Assembly: GCA_000002445.1 (NCBI GenBank)
Contig: CP000071.1
Location: forward strand, 32,001 to 96,000
From: Trypanosoma brucei
Taxonomy: Eukaryota
Direction: 5' to 3'
Length of the DNA: 64,000 nucleotides
In this document: piece by piece, positions 37,197 to 51,213 of the stretch
Layout of the letters: every line of letters begins with the position of its first letter
How positions within the stretch are numbered: position 1 is the first letter of the stretch
The notes under the pieces: model-generated
The model's input: only the letters and a program-made list of their open reading frames with translations
Told to the model about the DNA's origin: nothing
Database searches by the model: none
Made by a program: the position numbers and the translations under genes

Positions 37197-38716
37197 ATGG
37201 CAACAGTCAGCTTAATAACCGCCGCCCTATTGGCGACTGCTAATTTTTGCAAAGCAACGCTCACTGACGGAATAAATGCACCCATTTTTACTGACCTTTG
37301 CCCAGTGTTGAACTGGGCAGAAAACGGCGTGACATTATATGTGGATGCCTCAAGCGAAGAGCAAGATTACATGGATATTCAAAAACTAAACATGACATTG
37401 GCACCAGACGAATGGCGGACAAAGTTCAACAAGAACGAGCAAGGCAAAACAACAAAAACAGCAGAGCAAGACCATCCAAAAGACGAAATGGCTGCGCAGC
37501 TATGGGAAACCTAGGTAGCTGTTGCGAACCAGCTCAAAGAAACAGCACAAAGAGATGAGGTCCTCGAGGCTGCAAAACTCAAAGAAGCGTCGCAGCCAAC
37601 ACGCAAGCAAGCAAGGCAAAGAGCAGCAACAGCAGCAGCGGCAGCCTACGTACTGAGAAGGACACTGACCGCAATACCCGGAAGGCCTGGCGACAATGAA
37701 GCAGCCGAAATAAAGAAACTCATAGACTCAGCTGTTTATGGCAAATCCCCAAAAGGTGTAGCCGCCGACTTTAATCCAGCCGGCATGGGAGACCCCGCGA
37801 CGAGCCGTGCGCCGCTGTGCGAAACAACAGGCTCGAACAAAGTAGCAACACTCGTAGAAGTTGCAGTTTGTCTGTGCACAAAAAAGAACGACGCCGGCAC
37901 AGCAGTCAACGAACCGTGCCGACACCTGCAAAGCGGAGCAGAAGTAGCTTTTCCAACAGCAACAAACCAGGTGCTAGCAAAGTACAACGATGTATTCAAG
38001 CAATGCAACCACAAGCTGCCCACGCCCATATCAGCGGCCATCGTAGCGGCGACGGTCGCGAAACTGCGGAGCTACTTCAACCACCAGACAGCGGCCACAT
38101 ACCTGGGCGCATACATAAACACCGGCTGCACCGGTGACAATAACGCCGGCGTATGCGTAAAATACGGCGGTATCACGGACGCTGACCCGTCCGAAACAAA
38201 CGACATAGGCTGGCTGCACAACCTCAACGCCGCAGGTCTGCGGCTGCGGAAGATCGAAACTTACAACAGAAAAGCGGCACCACTAAAAGCAAAACTCAGA
38301 AGTCTGAGAGATGACATTTACAACTTCGCAGCAATAAAAGCAGCTCTACCCCAAGAGAACGGGGAAAGTGGTTCACTTGCAACCCCAGGTCACTGCGACT
38401 GATAGCAAAGCAGAGGCAGTTAGCTGCAGCAAGCACAAAAACAACAAAACTGCCAGTACAGCCTCTAACTGCAAATGGAAAGGGAAAACTGACACAGATG
38501 GAACATGCGAAGTAGATGATAGTAAAGTTACAACTCAGAAAATGTGGCAAGAGCAGGAGATTGAACTGCAGGGAAATTTGCTCCGAAAAAATTAGAAGCG
38601 CGTGCAGAGATGGTTGCAAACGGGAGGGTGAAACATGCAAAGATTCAAGTCTTCTCGTCAATAAGAAATTGGCTCTGAGTATGGTTGCTGCATCTGTAAG
38701 TTTAGTAGCATTATAA
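37197..38716 (+). pseudogene. VSG: VSG pseudogene (B-type N-terminal domain; several frameshifts)
   Basis: Signal peptide plus NAPIFTDLCPVLNWAE (37197..37514); 37785..38402 (VAVCLCTKKNDAG...GVCVKYGG); C-terminal ...CKDSSLLVNKKLALSMVAASVSLVAL* (38516..38716). Confidence 0.85.
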
Positions 38717-38769
38717 CATTCTAAGGATTTTGGAACAAATTTATGAAATTTGCTACATTTGATAAAATG

Positions 38770-38785
38770 TGATATATTTTAACAC
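38770..38785 (+). promoter_or_regulatory. VSG 3'UTR conserved 16-mer, perfect TGATATATTTTAACAC
   Basis: Exact match about 55 nt after the VSG stop at 38716. Confidence 0.85.
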
Positions 38786-38964
38786 TTTCTTTATTGAAAA
38801 TGTAGAAATTTTTAAACACTCAAAGATATAAAATTTTTTTATGATAGTGGTCTATAAGTGAAAAGTATTAGAATGATATGGTATGAAAAATTAGTGATAT
38901 TTTAGTTTTTTGTGTTTAATTATAAACATTAAACAAGTTTATAAAACTAAAAAGAGTTAAGAAC

Positions 38965-39025
38965 AAAATAATAATGATAATATAACGTTGTGTATATATA
39001 CTAATATTATAATAAGAGGTGTGAT
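38965..39025 (+). repeat. 70-bp repeat (one degenerate copy, core partly deleted)
   Basis: AATAATGATAATATAACGTTGTGTATATATACTAATATTATAATAAGAGGTG. Confidence 0.6.
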
Positions 39026-40809
39026 AATTACCCAATTAGCGGTTAAAATATTGAAATAATGTAATGAGAGTGATTGAGTAGAATATACAGAGTATCAAAG
39101 GCCACTAATATTATTAATAAGAGAGGCACATAATTCAAAAGATAAAAGGGTGTGAAATGTACAGAATTACAAACATAAACATGAAGATAGGCGTAATATT
39201 ACGCATGGAGATTATGCAAGTAATATTGAGAGAGAGAAAAAACAACTGTACAGTAAAGTGGTGTTTCTAATTTTTATGAGGTCATTTTTGCAGTAAAGAA
39301 AAAACGAAAATATTGAATGAAATAAAAGTATATGTGACAAATGGGTTTACAATAGCGGAGTGTATGATGCAAGAGGAAATAGTGCGCTGTATTTAAACGG
39401 AAAGGAAAAGATGCTACCTAAACGATGGACACAATGGTAGTATTTAGCTTTGTGGCAGATCTTAGTGCCCAACTGTGAAGAAGAAACAGGACCAGGAGAA
39501 AGGGGCTGAGTAAGTTTGTGGTAATGTTGAAATGATGTTCTCATCAGCTATTGTAACAATGGTCTTCACTTGTTAGTCGCTATTAAATATTATCACCAAA
39601 TTTATTTTTACTAGAATTACCAATGAAGTTTTGTGGATGGCAAAACAAGGCATCAAATTTCGGAAATTGCTTAAAATAATGCATGTATCAAGCGACAGAG
39701 GGGGTTTATCAAGTACAGAAAGTTTCAAATAATGCATCATTAATTTCATATTTATGTACTTTTCAAACATAAAGAGCTTTCAGAGAGCTGATAATTAACG
39801 TAAAAGAAGTCGCTGACTCAAAGCTAAGAGAGTGTTTTGACGAAAACAGATCAACAAATCAAACACTTTCGATAGTCAATCACATAGTATCAAGCGTAAG
39901 AAACGTACAAGTTAGAGGCTTTTGAACGAAATTTAATAAGAATAGTGTATACGGAAAAAATGTTTATTGCTACTGAAGTAGAAGCTATTAGAAACAATGT
40001 GACAGCAGAAAGGAAAGGTTACAAATAACAGACGTTTAATGTTTTAGAGCTAGTGAAAATTTAAGTGGCTTGTAGATATGAAATAGTGAAGTTGTAGAAT
40101 AATAAACTGTAATATTATGTGCACAAAAACCAAATACAAGCTAGATTATTGGAGAGGACACAAATAAGTCCGCCAAGAAATAGCCCTCAACGCGAAAAAC
40201 ACAGAGGACTGGCAGCATACCTCCAACAACAGCAAAACTCTACGGCAGACCATCATGCACAGCTAAGTGCTTTTTGCTGTTTTGGAAGCAAGCCGCATCA
40301 AGTGCAAGACACTAGTAGCTGCTGACTGCCTTAAAGCTGCTCGCTGTTTTCTCGGAGTAGCCTGACACCACTCAAAAAATTGAAGGCGTTGCACCTGTTC
40401 AACATCCGGCCACTGTGGTCCTTGGCACAGTAATGGTAAATACAATAGGCGGAAAATCGAAAAGAAACGTAGAGTCCGTATGACACCAATAGGCTTGTCT
40501 AACAACCCACAATGGTTACTTTTTCAAACCCATTAAGGTGCGCGCAAGCGGATCAATTGAATTGCAACGGACAACCGAAACTTGTCCCGCCGCGAAAAAT
40601 GTCGAAGATGCTTCAGAAAAGCGATGCTTATTTTTACCCCTATTGAAGTGCCACAACGATAAACCACCAATAAAACTGCATGCCGCAGGCAAAACGGAGC
40701 GCGATGTAAAAAGATCAAATACTATGCCACTAAGAAACTCCAGGGGTAACTCTCTTTTTGAAAAGCAACAAGAAGACAACGATAAGGACTTAGGGAATTC
40801 TAAATAGCT

Positions 40810-42211
40810 ATGATAGCCCAAGCACTTAAAATTCTTGCATTCACAACAGCCATTCTAGCGGCTGCGCTGCACCCAACTGGCAAGCAGCCAAAAGGTGCCT
40901 GCGATGCCCGAGACGACCTACGGACCATAGTAAGCAGCCTACAAACGGCAATGCGGCAGCAGGAAGAACAGATCAGGGTTGGAACACAGCAGGTAACGCG
41001 GCTACATATAATGGCGGCTATTCACGGAAAAGAATGAACCAAGCGGTACAGACCGCTGGGGGCCGCAGCGGCGGCCAGAGTAAACAGAGCGAGCGCGTCT
41101 GTAAGCGCTGCTCAGAGCGCTACATACGAGGCAGCACAAGCAATAAGCGAACTGGCAGGCATGCAAGAGCTGGTAGCGGACCTAGCGGCACGAAAAGTGC
41201 AAGACAAACCGGCTTCAACGTTCAGCGGCTGGGCGGCAAACGGCGTACAAATCAAGCTCAACAGCCTGGGGAAAGACAGCAACAACTGTGCAAAAAACTA
41301 GAACAGCCCAGGCAAACAGACAAACAGCAGCGAGGCAGCTACACGAAGGACACCCACAAATACAGCTCTATCACCTCGCAGCGGAACCAGACGTAAGTTC
41401 ATCTGGCCCGGGCGGACGAAAGATATGCCCGGTCGCTTCCGGCAGCAGCGCATCCGCGAGCGGAACGCAGGGCAATAGCAACAGCGCTCTACTAACAACA
41501 GGCCCAATTGTAAAGGAAGAACAGGCAGTATACCGGGTAGAAACGGCAGACCTTAACTCATACACGCGGGCCACTAGCAAGCCAGCAGGCATAGTGCCGA
41601 CACAAGCCGACGTGGAGAAAGTGCTGGCAAAACTAAGGGCCGCCGAGAAGCTGACCGCAACACTTACCTTCAAAGTGGCACAACTAGAAGAAGCGACGCT
41701 CGCAGCAGATGAAGAGACAGCCGAGATGATTCAGCAAATAATAGCACCCGGAAGCAAGTCTACGGCTATGGGAGACGACGAAGCAAAAATTAAAAGTCAC
41801 AAAACCCAATACTACGGCGAAAATGGTGAAAAGCTCGCAGCAGGAGTGTAGAAAATGATTAAAAGCCAGCAGATAGCCCCTGAAGTGTCGAGCGCGAGTC
41901 CACAGACGGCCCTGAACGCTCTAACCGCCGACGAGCAGCTGTCACGAACTCTCAATCACCACATTAGTCAAAACATTAGGTCCAAAACAGAAGATGAGCA
42001 GAAAAGTTCAAAGACAGAGGAAGAAGAATGCAGTAGCAAAAAGGGAACTAAGTGCACAGGAGATTTCCTTATGGTAGAAGGAGTTTGCACGCCCAAAAAG
42101 AAAGGAGAGGGAGAAAACAAAGGTAAATATGGGACAACAAACACCACAGGACGCAATTCTTTCGTCATTTACAAGGTTTCTCTTTTGCTTGTATTTTTGA
42201 TTTGGAGATAA
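40810..42211 (+). pseudogene. VSG: VSG pseudogene (frameshifts near 41037, 41290-41400 and 41851)
   Basis: Signal MIAQALKILAFTTAILAAALH. Pieces 41034..41396, 41288..41851, 41855..42211 ending ...CSSKKGTKCTGDFLMVEGVCTPKKKGEGENKGKYGTTNTTGRNSFVIYKVSLLLVFLIWR*. Confidence 0.8.
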
Positions 42212-42334
42212 AAAATATTTAGGATTTTTGCTCAAATTTATGAATTTTATGAAACTTGCTATTTTTTAAATAATTTTTCAAGATATAAAAGATGGTGGTC
42301 AGAATGTGTAATGTAGTTGGGTAATACTGTATGA

Positions 42335-42395
42335 ATAGTAATGGTAATGATAGGAATGTTTGTGAGTATGTATGTACTAATATTATAATTAAATT
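42335..42395 (+). repeat. 70-bp repeat (one degenerate copy)
   Basis: AATGGTAATGATAGGAATGTTTGTGAGTATGTATGTACTAATATTATAATTAAATTGG. Confidence 0.7.
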
Positions 42396-43868
42396 GGTAG
42401 ACCTCAAGGAATTGTATTTAAAAAATGGAGAAACACAAAGGCAGAGGGGACGAGAGATAAAATATGCTCATTTTTAAACAAAGCATGGAGATAAATATCA
42501 TAACACACAAGAAGGTGATGGAAGGAACAGTGAGGGACTAAGGGTTTGGTGTAAAGGTGAAATGGGTGTCGCTACGTTATCCGCAGTAATTGAAATAGAC
42601 GAAAAATATGGAAAGAATATATGTAATAAAACGACTGTAGAGGCAGAAAAATAGCGGAGGGAATACCGTAGGTAAGGTCCTAAGATTTATCTAAATGATC
42701 ATTTGTCATAGTTATTAATACGGCTAAGAATCAAGCTTACAAACAAGCAGTTGATAATCGAACCTACCCATGCAGAAAGTGCTAAAAGAAACATTAAATA
42801 CAAGGAGAAAGCACCAAGATTGAGAAACAATAAAAACATAAAATAGTTGTTAGAAATAATAAGATAACGTTGGAATCATAAATTATTAGAAATAATTAGC
42901 CTTATTGTCTCCTACACGTGAGCAAATATTCGACGTTATTAGATAGACGCAAACATTTTGTTATTATCTAGATTCAACCGTTTAAATGGTTGAAAACCCA
43001 ATTTCACGAGATATTGAGTAGAATAGAAGTTATATAGGTTAGAATAGTGCAGAAGATTTTATTTTACAAAGCGAAAAATAGTGTAATGTGGCCATTTATA
43101 AAAGATATTTCATCCTTACTACAGCTTTTAGTAGCGTAAATTTAAAGTAATAATTGTAAATGAAATGCAAAAACAGAAACATTTATATTGCAGTATGAAA
43201 GCGAAACCAACCACTAATCAAGGCGCCACCATAGAGAAATAAGCAAGCCAGGAGATAACGGCAACCACGGCTTGTCAGACACACTCCATCTTTGTAACAG
43301 CAGCCAAATTAGCTCAAGACACACTGAAAAAGCAAATAAGAACAAACCCCACCAACAGCGAGCAGCAAACGGCTGGAACGAAAGAAGCGGAAAAGACGTG
43401 CTTGACGAGGCAATGACGCAGAACAACTGGTATAATGATAGCGTATATTGTCTGGAATACCGTAGTGCAATTCTTTAAGTAGCTCAGCCGGGAAGCTACT
43501 ATGAAGAAAAGGGCAACGTACCACATTCAAAACACATGTGGCAGCATAAGGTTGCACTTTTTCAATCCGCAATCACAGCAGAAAAGGACGTTCCCAAAAC
43601 AACAGGAGGTTCATTCACAAAGTAGTACAAGAAAACACAAATATAACGACACAATAGACCACCAATCTCCAAAAAAAAGCGGAGACACCTTCCCTCACAG
43701 CGCAATATACAGTCAAGTTTAAGGAATGGCAGATTCCACAGGAGAAGGTCAGCACTGTTTTAGCAAAGAACACCACCAGCCATCAAGATTTCCCCCTTTT
43801 TTTTACGCCATTAAAGGCACCAACATCTACAGCAACAAGATTCAGTCTAACAAACGACGCGACACAGC

Positions 43869-45280
43869 ATGCGTGGCGTACACCCAACCGCACTACACGC
43901 ACCAGACGCCAGCATTGAAAGTACGCTCGCTCTTTTCAACCTAACGATTTCAGCTCCAAAGGCACTGCAGGAGCTAGAAACCGCCAAAGCTCCAGAAACG
44001 GCAATCGAAAAAGACGGTTCCTCGGCCAAAATACACTGCGCCGACAAAGCAAAAGAGCTGTGTTTAAAAGCTGCAGCAAGGGCCAAAACCCATGGAAATG
44101 ACAAAATAGCACTAGAACTCAAACAAGATGCGAGTGACGAGCAAGTAAAAGCGGCTATAAACAACACCCTGATGCAATTACATGGCTTGCTCGCAAAGTT
44201 CGAGCAACAGAAGGTGCAAACCAAACAAACAACCGTAAGCAGCTTGCTACTTAAAGCACTCGGCGCCAAGGCTGACGGCACAACAAGTATAAAGCTGACG
44301 GGCTACAGCACCGACCTGGCGACTACATGCGGCAAACCCAACACCGAAAACAAAGGGACAGCCGCAGGCAAAACCATTGCGGTCGATACCATATGCCTTT
44401 GTGCTAGCGACAGCACAAACAGCAACAGCAAAGCGTGCGGAACAAAAGACGACGCTCGACCGTAACTTTCAACAACGAGAACAATGAGATACAAACAGCG
44501 TGGCAAGCACTAGCAGCAGAGTGCAAAAAGCAGTACGCAACCAAGGCGCTAACAGGAAAAAGCCTGGAACAAGCCGTGCAGCATTTTCTCTTTGAAATAG
44601 CAAAAAAACAAGGAGCCAAGGGCGATTTAAGCAACACTTTGGGTTTCATCAGTGGAACAGGAGCGAACGGCTGCACGGCAGCTAACGACAACAACGAAGG
44701 AAGCTGCGTATATTACGGTCGGGAATCGACCAACAAAGGGCCGCTTAAACCAGGCTGGTTGGAGCCACTCAACCAAGCAGTAGCAGCTCTTTGGAACAGC
44801 GAACAGGCTGCTCAACGAGCGCATGCATTAACCGACAGAATCACAGCACTAAACAATACGCTCTCTTCGCTCATACACCTTGGTGGAGCTGCAGCAAGTC
44901 AACAAAAAAGTAAAGCAAACCACCCTACTGACAAAACCGTCAATAGCAAGAATGCAGAAAAAGCGGCAAACAGAGAGTGCAAGCAGCACAAAAACAACAA
45001 AAATGCATGCGAAAATGCAGGAAAATTCAAATGCAAGGGAAAAACTAAAACAGACGGCCCATGCGAACCTAAAGAGAGAGAATGACAGACAAATACGGCA
45101 GGAACAGGAGATGGAGCTGCAGGAATAACTAAAGAAGGAAAAAAGTGGTCTGAAACGACAAAGTGTGATGGTGACAAAAGTTGTAAATGGGATGGAAAAG
45201 AATGAAAAGGTTCCAGCTTTCTTGTCAATAAGAAATTAGCAATGAGTATGGCTGCTTTCGTGAGTTTATTATCATTTTAA
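43869..45280 (+). pseudogene. VSG: VSG pseudogene (no recognisable signal peptide; frameshift near 44465; in-frame TGA in C-terminal domain at about 45205)
   Basis: 43869..44465 (…TICLCASDSTNSNSKACG…), 44435..45085, and C-terminal CKWDGKE*KGSSFLVNKKLAMSMAAFVSLLSF* ending at 45280. The 3'UTR carries TTATATATATTAACAC at about 45379..45395. Confidence 0.8.
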
Positions 45281-45526
45281 ACATTATTAAAATTATAAGG
45301 ATTTTTGCTCAATTTGAGATATTTAATGAAAATTATAAAATTTGCTTTTCTAAGAGAATTTTCTAAATTTGGTAAAATTTTATATATATTAACACTTTTC
45401 AATGAAAATGTGAAAATCAGTCAATTTGAGGAGAAATATAAAAATTTGGATAGAAATTGATATAGGTGAAAAGTATCATGGTGGTAAGAAATGAAAAAAA
45501 ATATTTTAATTTCTTAACTTTTTCAC

Positions 45527-48500
45527 TATGAACTCTACCTGTATGCTCCTCAATCGATCTGTATAGACTTCCAGTGCGGCTACTTCTTTAACTGACACGC
45601 TTCCCATCATCACGATTCACTACTTGCTTCCTCCTGCGGGGCCTGGCTAACGGTGCCTTGTTGAGGAAGACCCCTGTTTGGACATTGTCTTCCATCATTT
45701 TAAATAAATCTCACTGGCTGTCATCCAAATGTGCAGCATATAGTCAGTGGATATTTAGCATGATGGGAACCTTTCTATCTTTATTTTTTGCAGGGTTATC
45801 AATTTCTTAGTGTCTATTGCGGGAGGAGTCGGATGTTCCGTTGAAAAGAAGAGTGCCCTTAAGAAGCTCGCCAATTTAACACTAAAGTATATATCTTCCT
45901 CTTTCAGACTGTTTACTCCATGCTTAGACAAGATTTTACTCAAAGCAGGAAACTGTAACACGTGTGCAGATGTTTTTTTTTACATTTCACTTTTAGCTCA
46001 TTTCGACTATCAGAGCCACGTGCCTGACAACCTTCCCCTTGGATGCGCATTATTAGATATTGCTTGCGTGCACATATCTTCGAGCAGTGTGAACATTGGT
46101 GCTTGAGAGGAGCCAGTGATGTGATTTCCAGGGGTTATTCTTCACGGTTCCTCTTGACAGTGATTGCATTTTCGTTGTGTGTCCCGGTATGCAATACTAG
46201 TGTACACCATGACGTGCAAGTGTTATCACACCTTCCACATGCAACCTCTCTACGAGTATTCTTTGTGTGCAATTAAGTCTTATGCCGTTTGTGTTTTAGC
46301 TCCTCTCTCTGATCGAAATATTTCCTTCTCATCTTCCCGCGTATCATGCTCGGTCTCTCTTATTCTCTCTCTTATTGTAGAGTTCAAGTTTTTTGTGTGT
46401 GACAAGTATGAGTTGGAGAGTGCTTTATCTATGATGTCGTGATTCGATCCACTTTTGGTAGTGGATTCTAGTTGTGTAGCTACTCTATGGTGGTTGCTTA
46501 CCCTCTCACTTTTTTGATCTACTTTTTCAATGCTCACGCACTTGTGACGTGTTAGCCATGTCTTGCTTTTGAAACCTCTCTTTTATTTGTCGCAAACATA
46601 AAGTGGTGGTTCACTGTCATCCTCATTTTTTTGTTCTCGCTACTAGTGTCTTTCTTTGCAAATTTTATATCTCCTTAGTCACTTTTCTTCTTTTTATCGT
46701 CTGCGTTATGAGTGAGGTATCATGTCCTGTGTATTTTGCGTTCATTTCTCGTGACATCCAGTTGTGGTGATATTCTTTACCGCATATCTTATATGTCTCT
46801 CTCTCCGGAAGTACTTCCTGTAGTGGTGTGCTGGGTTCCCGTTCAATCAGCTCCGGTATGCACTTATGTCTGGTGAACCAGGTCTGGTTTTTATACACCT
46901 GTCTTCAGCGGAGATATTCGCATGCTTGTGGTGCATACTCTTGTTCAACTTCGTTGCTCCTATGCTGCACTTCCGTTTGTTGTGTCACTTCGATTTTCTT
47001 TTCAGGACGTTTCATATGTATATGCTTGCTCAACCAGTCATATGTGGCATAATTCTTAGTCAGCATTGACACTTGTGGACAGTTGGCAACGACGGTTCTT
47101 CTCCTTCTTGATTCCCATTTTCTCGCTCTGTATATACTGCTGGAGTTGTCAAAGTGTATTGTGGCATGTGTTGTTGCAGTAGTCTCTTTATGTCGAATAC
47201 TTTACCAATACGTGACATCGATAAACGTCATTATACGCCTGCGCTGCTATTGGCACCATTTGTAGTGCAGTGAGTACATTTTCAACCCACTGATGTATCT
47301 TCATCGTGTGTACACTCCCCTTGGTTGTCTCGCACACACGATGTTTTAAAATGAGCATATGAAAGGTTCATTCTGTCTTGTAGCTATTACAACTTTGCTT
47401 TCCTCAGTTTCTTCCGTCGTTGGTGTTTTGAGTAAGGGAAGGAATATTGAAAATGTTCCCTTTGTGTGGTTTGTACACCATCTACATTCAAGGTCGTCAA
47501 CCTTTCGTGTGATCACCCTATGTAACCATTCAAAATGTTTTGAAGTCCCTGTTCTAAATTGAACCAACAGTGACTCATCTTCCCGTCCTAGCTCCTTTTT
47601 TTAGAAGGGTCAGTTTCATGTGGTTTAATAAAGCGCTGAGGTGTTTGTTTGTGCCGCGGCCTTCCGAAATTGTGCATTGCGCCTGATTACGTAATTGGCG
47701 CTTTATACCTGTGACTATGTCAGTAATCTATGCAGGGTAGATTTGCAGCATGTGGTTGCCTTTGTTTACGAGCTCTTCCACTTTGTTAATTCTCGGGATA
47801 TGGCAATGCTAAAACACAAACTAAAACGACATGTTTACTCTCAGTTTCATGAAGCATAGGATCAGATCTCATATGCGTCACAGTATGGAATTCGTCACTA
47901 CTTCATGATCTGTTTTAAGAGATATTAATAAAGATAAAGAGTATATAAATATTTCCACCTTCGTTTTTTCTACTTTACTTGATCTTTATTACTGACTTAA
48001 GTTTCATAAGTCTTGCCTCCATGGCTACACACTAGGCTCTGTATCTGCATGCTAACCTGCCTCCTTTCCTCACTTTTAACACTTTACCTCGTCTAGGGTA
48101 TATTATCGCGCCGGCACCAGAGGATTCTTCCAGTATCACTGACCCATCCGCCCACACTTTATAATCGTAGTCTTTGAATCTACGTACCCTTTGTATTGTG
48201 TGCCTTTTCTTTTCTCTGTCACAAGCGTTAGAATGGAGACCACCTGGTGTTGTGGTGTTGAAGTATGGTCTCCTCGCCAGTTGCCATATGCTTGCCGTGT
48301 GTGGCTTCTCCGGTCTGTCTACTTCCTCATACAAGTGTGACACACTCTGCAGGCGCGTGTATATCGGATGAATGGGTGGGAACATTTTTTCCACTGTATC
48401 AGCTGATGACTTGCCCTTTGTCTTTCTTGTTAAATGGTATTCTATTGCTCGTCTGTGAGCAATATCATCTATCTTGTGAAGGCGAGCCTTTTTTACGGAA

Positions 48501-51213
48501 TTATGCTGATTCGCATACTTTGTAATACCAGCGATAACACATGCAGCCTGCGCTTGTACTCGTTTGGGCTTCTCCTTATTTGATGGAGATGCATTAAACC
48601 ACCATGCTGCGATACCATAGCATAACGTTCCCCGGATTAAGGCTAAGTAAAATGATCTGACTCTTTCTTTACTATCCTCCTATTCGGGTGATGCAACAGC
48701 CCTTAATTTCATTAATCTCATAGTTGCTGCTGTTTGTAGGGTACATGTGCTATTTGCTTACACCCTTGTGTGGTTGCATTCTCACCTGAAGGAGTCTAGG
48801 ATTCCTTGTCTCATTTAACCTGTGCTATCCCACCATTAGGTGTAATGGGTCTCTGTCTTTCACCCCAAAGGATGTGTAATTCGTTTTTTTCTGCGGACAG
48901 CCCCATATAGTGCTCTGCTGATCAGCTCGCTATACAATCCAATCCTGTTTGCAGCGTCTGCCGAATAGCTGCCCGGTCAGTGTTAGAGCATACTATCGTG
49001 TGGTCATCTGAAAAGAAGAGGTGTTTAAGGGCTGGTATGGCATTTCGTTTCGCGCTGAAGTCCATTGAGATAATGGATAGCAATGGCGTCAAAACGGAAA
49101 CTTCTGTAACACTACACGTGAGTTGTATTTTCTTTGAGAGGGTGTTGCTTATTATTGCTACTGCAGTCCATCTCTCCAGGAAATTTGCAACCCACCCAAT
49201 GAGGTGCATGCTTACCTCATATCTTTTTATTGCATCCGCAATTCATCCATGATGTGCAGAATCAAGTGCTCTCGCATAATCTATGAATACCATAGCGGTT
49301 TTCTCTCCTGCTACATTATGTGTCACTGATTCTGTGAGTGTCATCAGGTTGTCTAACGTAGACGTCCACGAACAAAAACCAGCTTTCTATGGTTGTGGCT
49401 TACATTCTACATTGTCTCGTATGCATCACGCTACAATCCTCTTCATGAGCTTATATAGGGTGCTATTGAGCGTGATGGACCTAAACGATGACATACACTT
49501 TGCAGGTTTGTTGGGTTTGAGTAGTAACACAATAACGCCCTACTTCCACTTCTCCGTCGTCTAGTTTCTCTGTAGGCTACAGTTGAAAAGCTTGGGAACA
49601 CATTTCTTGCTACGGCGTTCTAATTAACTCAACTAATTGTTCACAATGTATATCGTCCTTGCCTAGGGAAGTACCTGAAGACAGTTCTTCTAGTGCTGTC
49701 TCAAGTTCTGCCATATTTATTGGTGCGAATTATACGCTCACTCGATAAGGTGTACTCATGGGAGGAGCATCTGGTGCTTTCGTTTACTGCTCTCTATACA
49801 TTTGAGCTGGCTTATTAGCTTGCTTTCTGCGTGTTAGAGGGTAGTCATTCACTACCAAAACCGGAGATGTCAGTAGTCTCAGTGGGTATACGAACTTAAC
49901 TAAATTCCAACTTTTTGTGTCAGTCACTGACATCTTCGACACACTTTCCTTCCACCGTTGTAGGGACGTTTCAGCGAGAGCCTTCCTTCTCTTGCATATA
50001 AGGGCATCTCTGTGCTTTTAATTTGTACACTCCCTTATTTTTGTGTCCAGTTCTGTTAGCTCTCGTGCCCAGAATGATGGCGATACTTCCTTACCTTGCT
50101 GTATTGTTTTCTTTGCTGCTGTGCTAATGCCTTTGGTCACTGCCTCATTTATGGCATCCACGTTCTTTCTCGACTTCCTTAATTTTTTCACCATTATTAC
50201 ACCACACACTTTTCTAAACTCCCACAAATTTGCTCTATTCCAAGCGCAGAACGCCCTTCTCGGCTTTATAATAGCGATCATTTCTACACCAATCCCAATT
50301 CACACCTCAAACATTACACAGTAGTGGTCACTATCTGGACTGAGACTTGCCTCCCATCTTGTGACTTCGCAGTCTCTGTACATCGTAACATCGGGAGAAG
50401 ACCTGGTTGCAGTGTGAAACATTCTTCTCTTTGGGGTGCCATAATTTGCAATTTTGACATCATTTTGTAGACACCAGTCTACAATGCATTCTGCTGCTGT
50501 ATCATTTGGGCGAAGCGGGTCCCATATCTCATGATGTGCGTTGGTGTTGAATCCTATCACTAGGGGTTCAGTTGAGCTCTTAAGGCTATCTCAAGCGTGA
50601 AGGTAGCGAAATCTCTCTTTTGTTGGAAGTAAGCTGATTTTATATTTAACATTAGATCAGCTGAAAACATCAATGTTTCCGAGACTCTTTCTAGCGGTCC
50701 TTCCTCTTCCTTCGGACCTTGGATGACTCCCAAGCCATCCTTGACAAAACTTAATACCACACAACCATGTGGAAAATGTGCCATCCCATGTGTTGGTATC
50801 CACTGATTTTTAAGTTACAGCACTCTTTTGCTGCCAAGTGAGTCTCTTGAAATAGACAGAAGATTACCATATTATCGTGGAGCTTATTCTCTAAGGCGAT
50901 CCGCTTCGCCTGGGAGGAACCCCAGAGCTCCACTTGGCTCCACGAGTCATGAGACTGGTATTCTGTTCCACATCTCTGCTTAGTAGTAGAAGCCTATGTA
51001 TCCCAATTCAGGCACGCTCACACGTGCAGAGGAGCAGTCTAATATATTGCTTCATCCCAGAGGACTGATGTTGCTTTTTGCTTCTTATGCTGTCGCCGAA
51101 AGCCTATTTCCAACCCCAAACCTGTCGTACAGGGTATGATGCGGGCTCTTAGCTTCGCCCTTGACTGAGTACTAGACCTTGGCACCATGATGAGATGACC
51201 GGTAGCGCCAGGG
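45527..51213 (-). mobile_element. Degenerate ingi-related non-LTR retroelement (DIRE-like), copy 2, minus orientation, with intact Pr77-like 5' end
   Basis: Reverse complement of 51135..51213 reads CCCTGGCGCTACCGGTCATCTCATCATGGTGCCAAGGTCTAGTACTCAGTCAAGGGCGAAGCTAAGAGCCCGCATCA. Minus-strand ORF fragments: zinc-finger 46665..46898, RNase H-like 48032..48394, RT 48922..49209, endonuclease-like 50300..50560. Collinear with copy 1. Confidence 0.7.

Noticed and set aside
40538..40807. 89-aa ORF ending 3 nt before the VSG start codon at 40810
   Set aside because: No recognisable domain. VSG upstream spacers are non-coding. Most likely a chance ORF in the upstream region.
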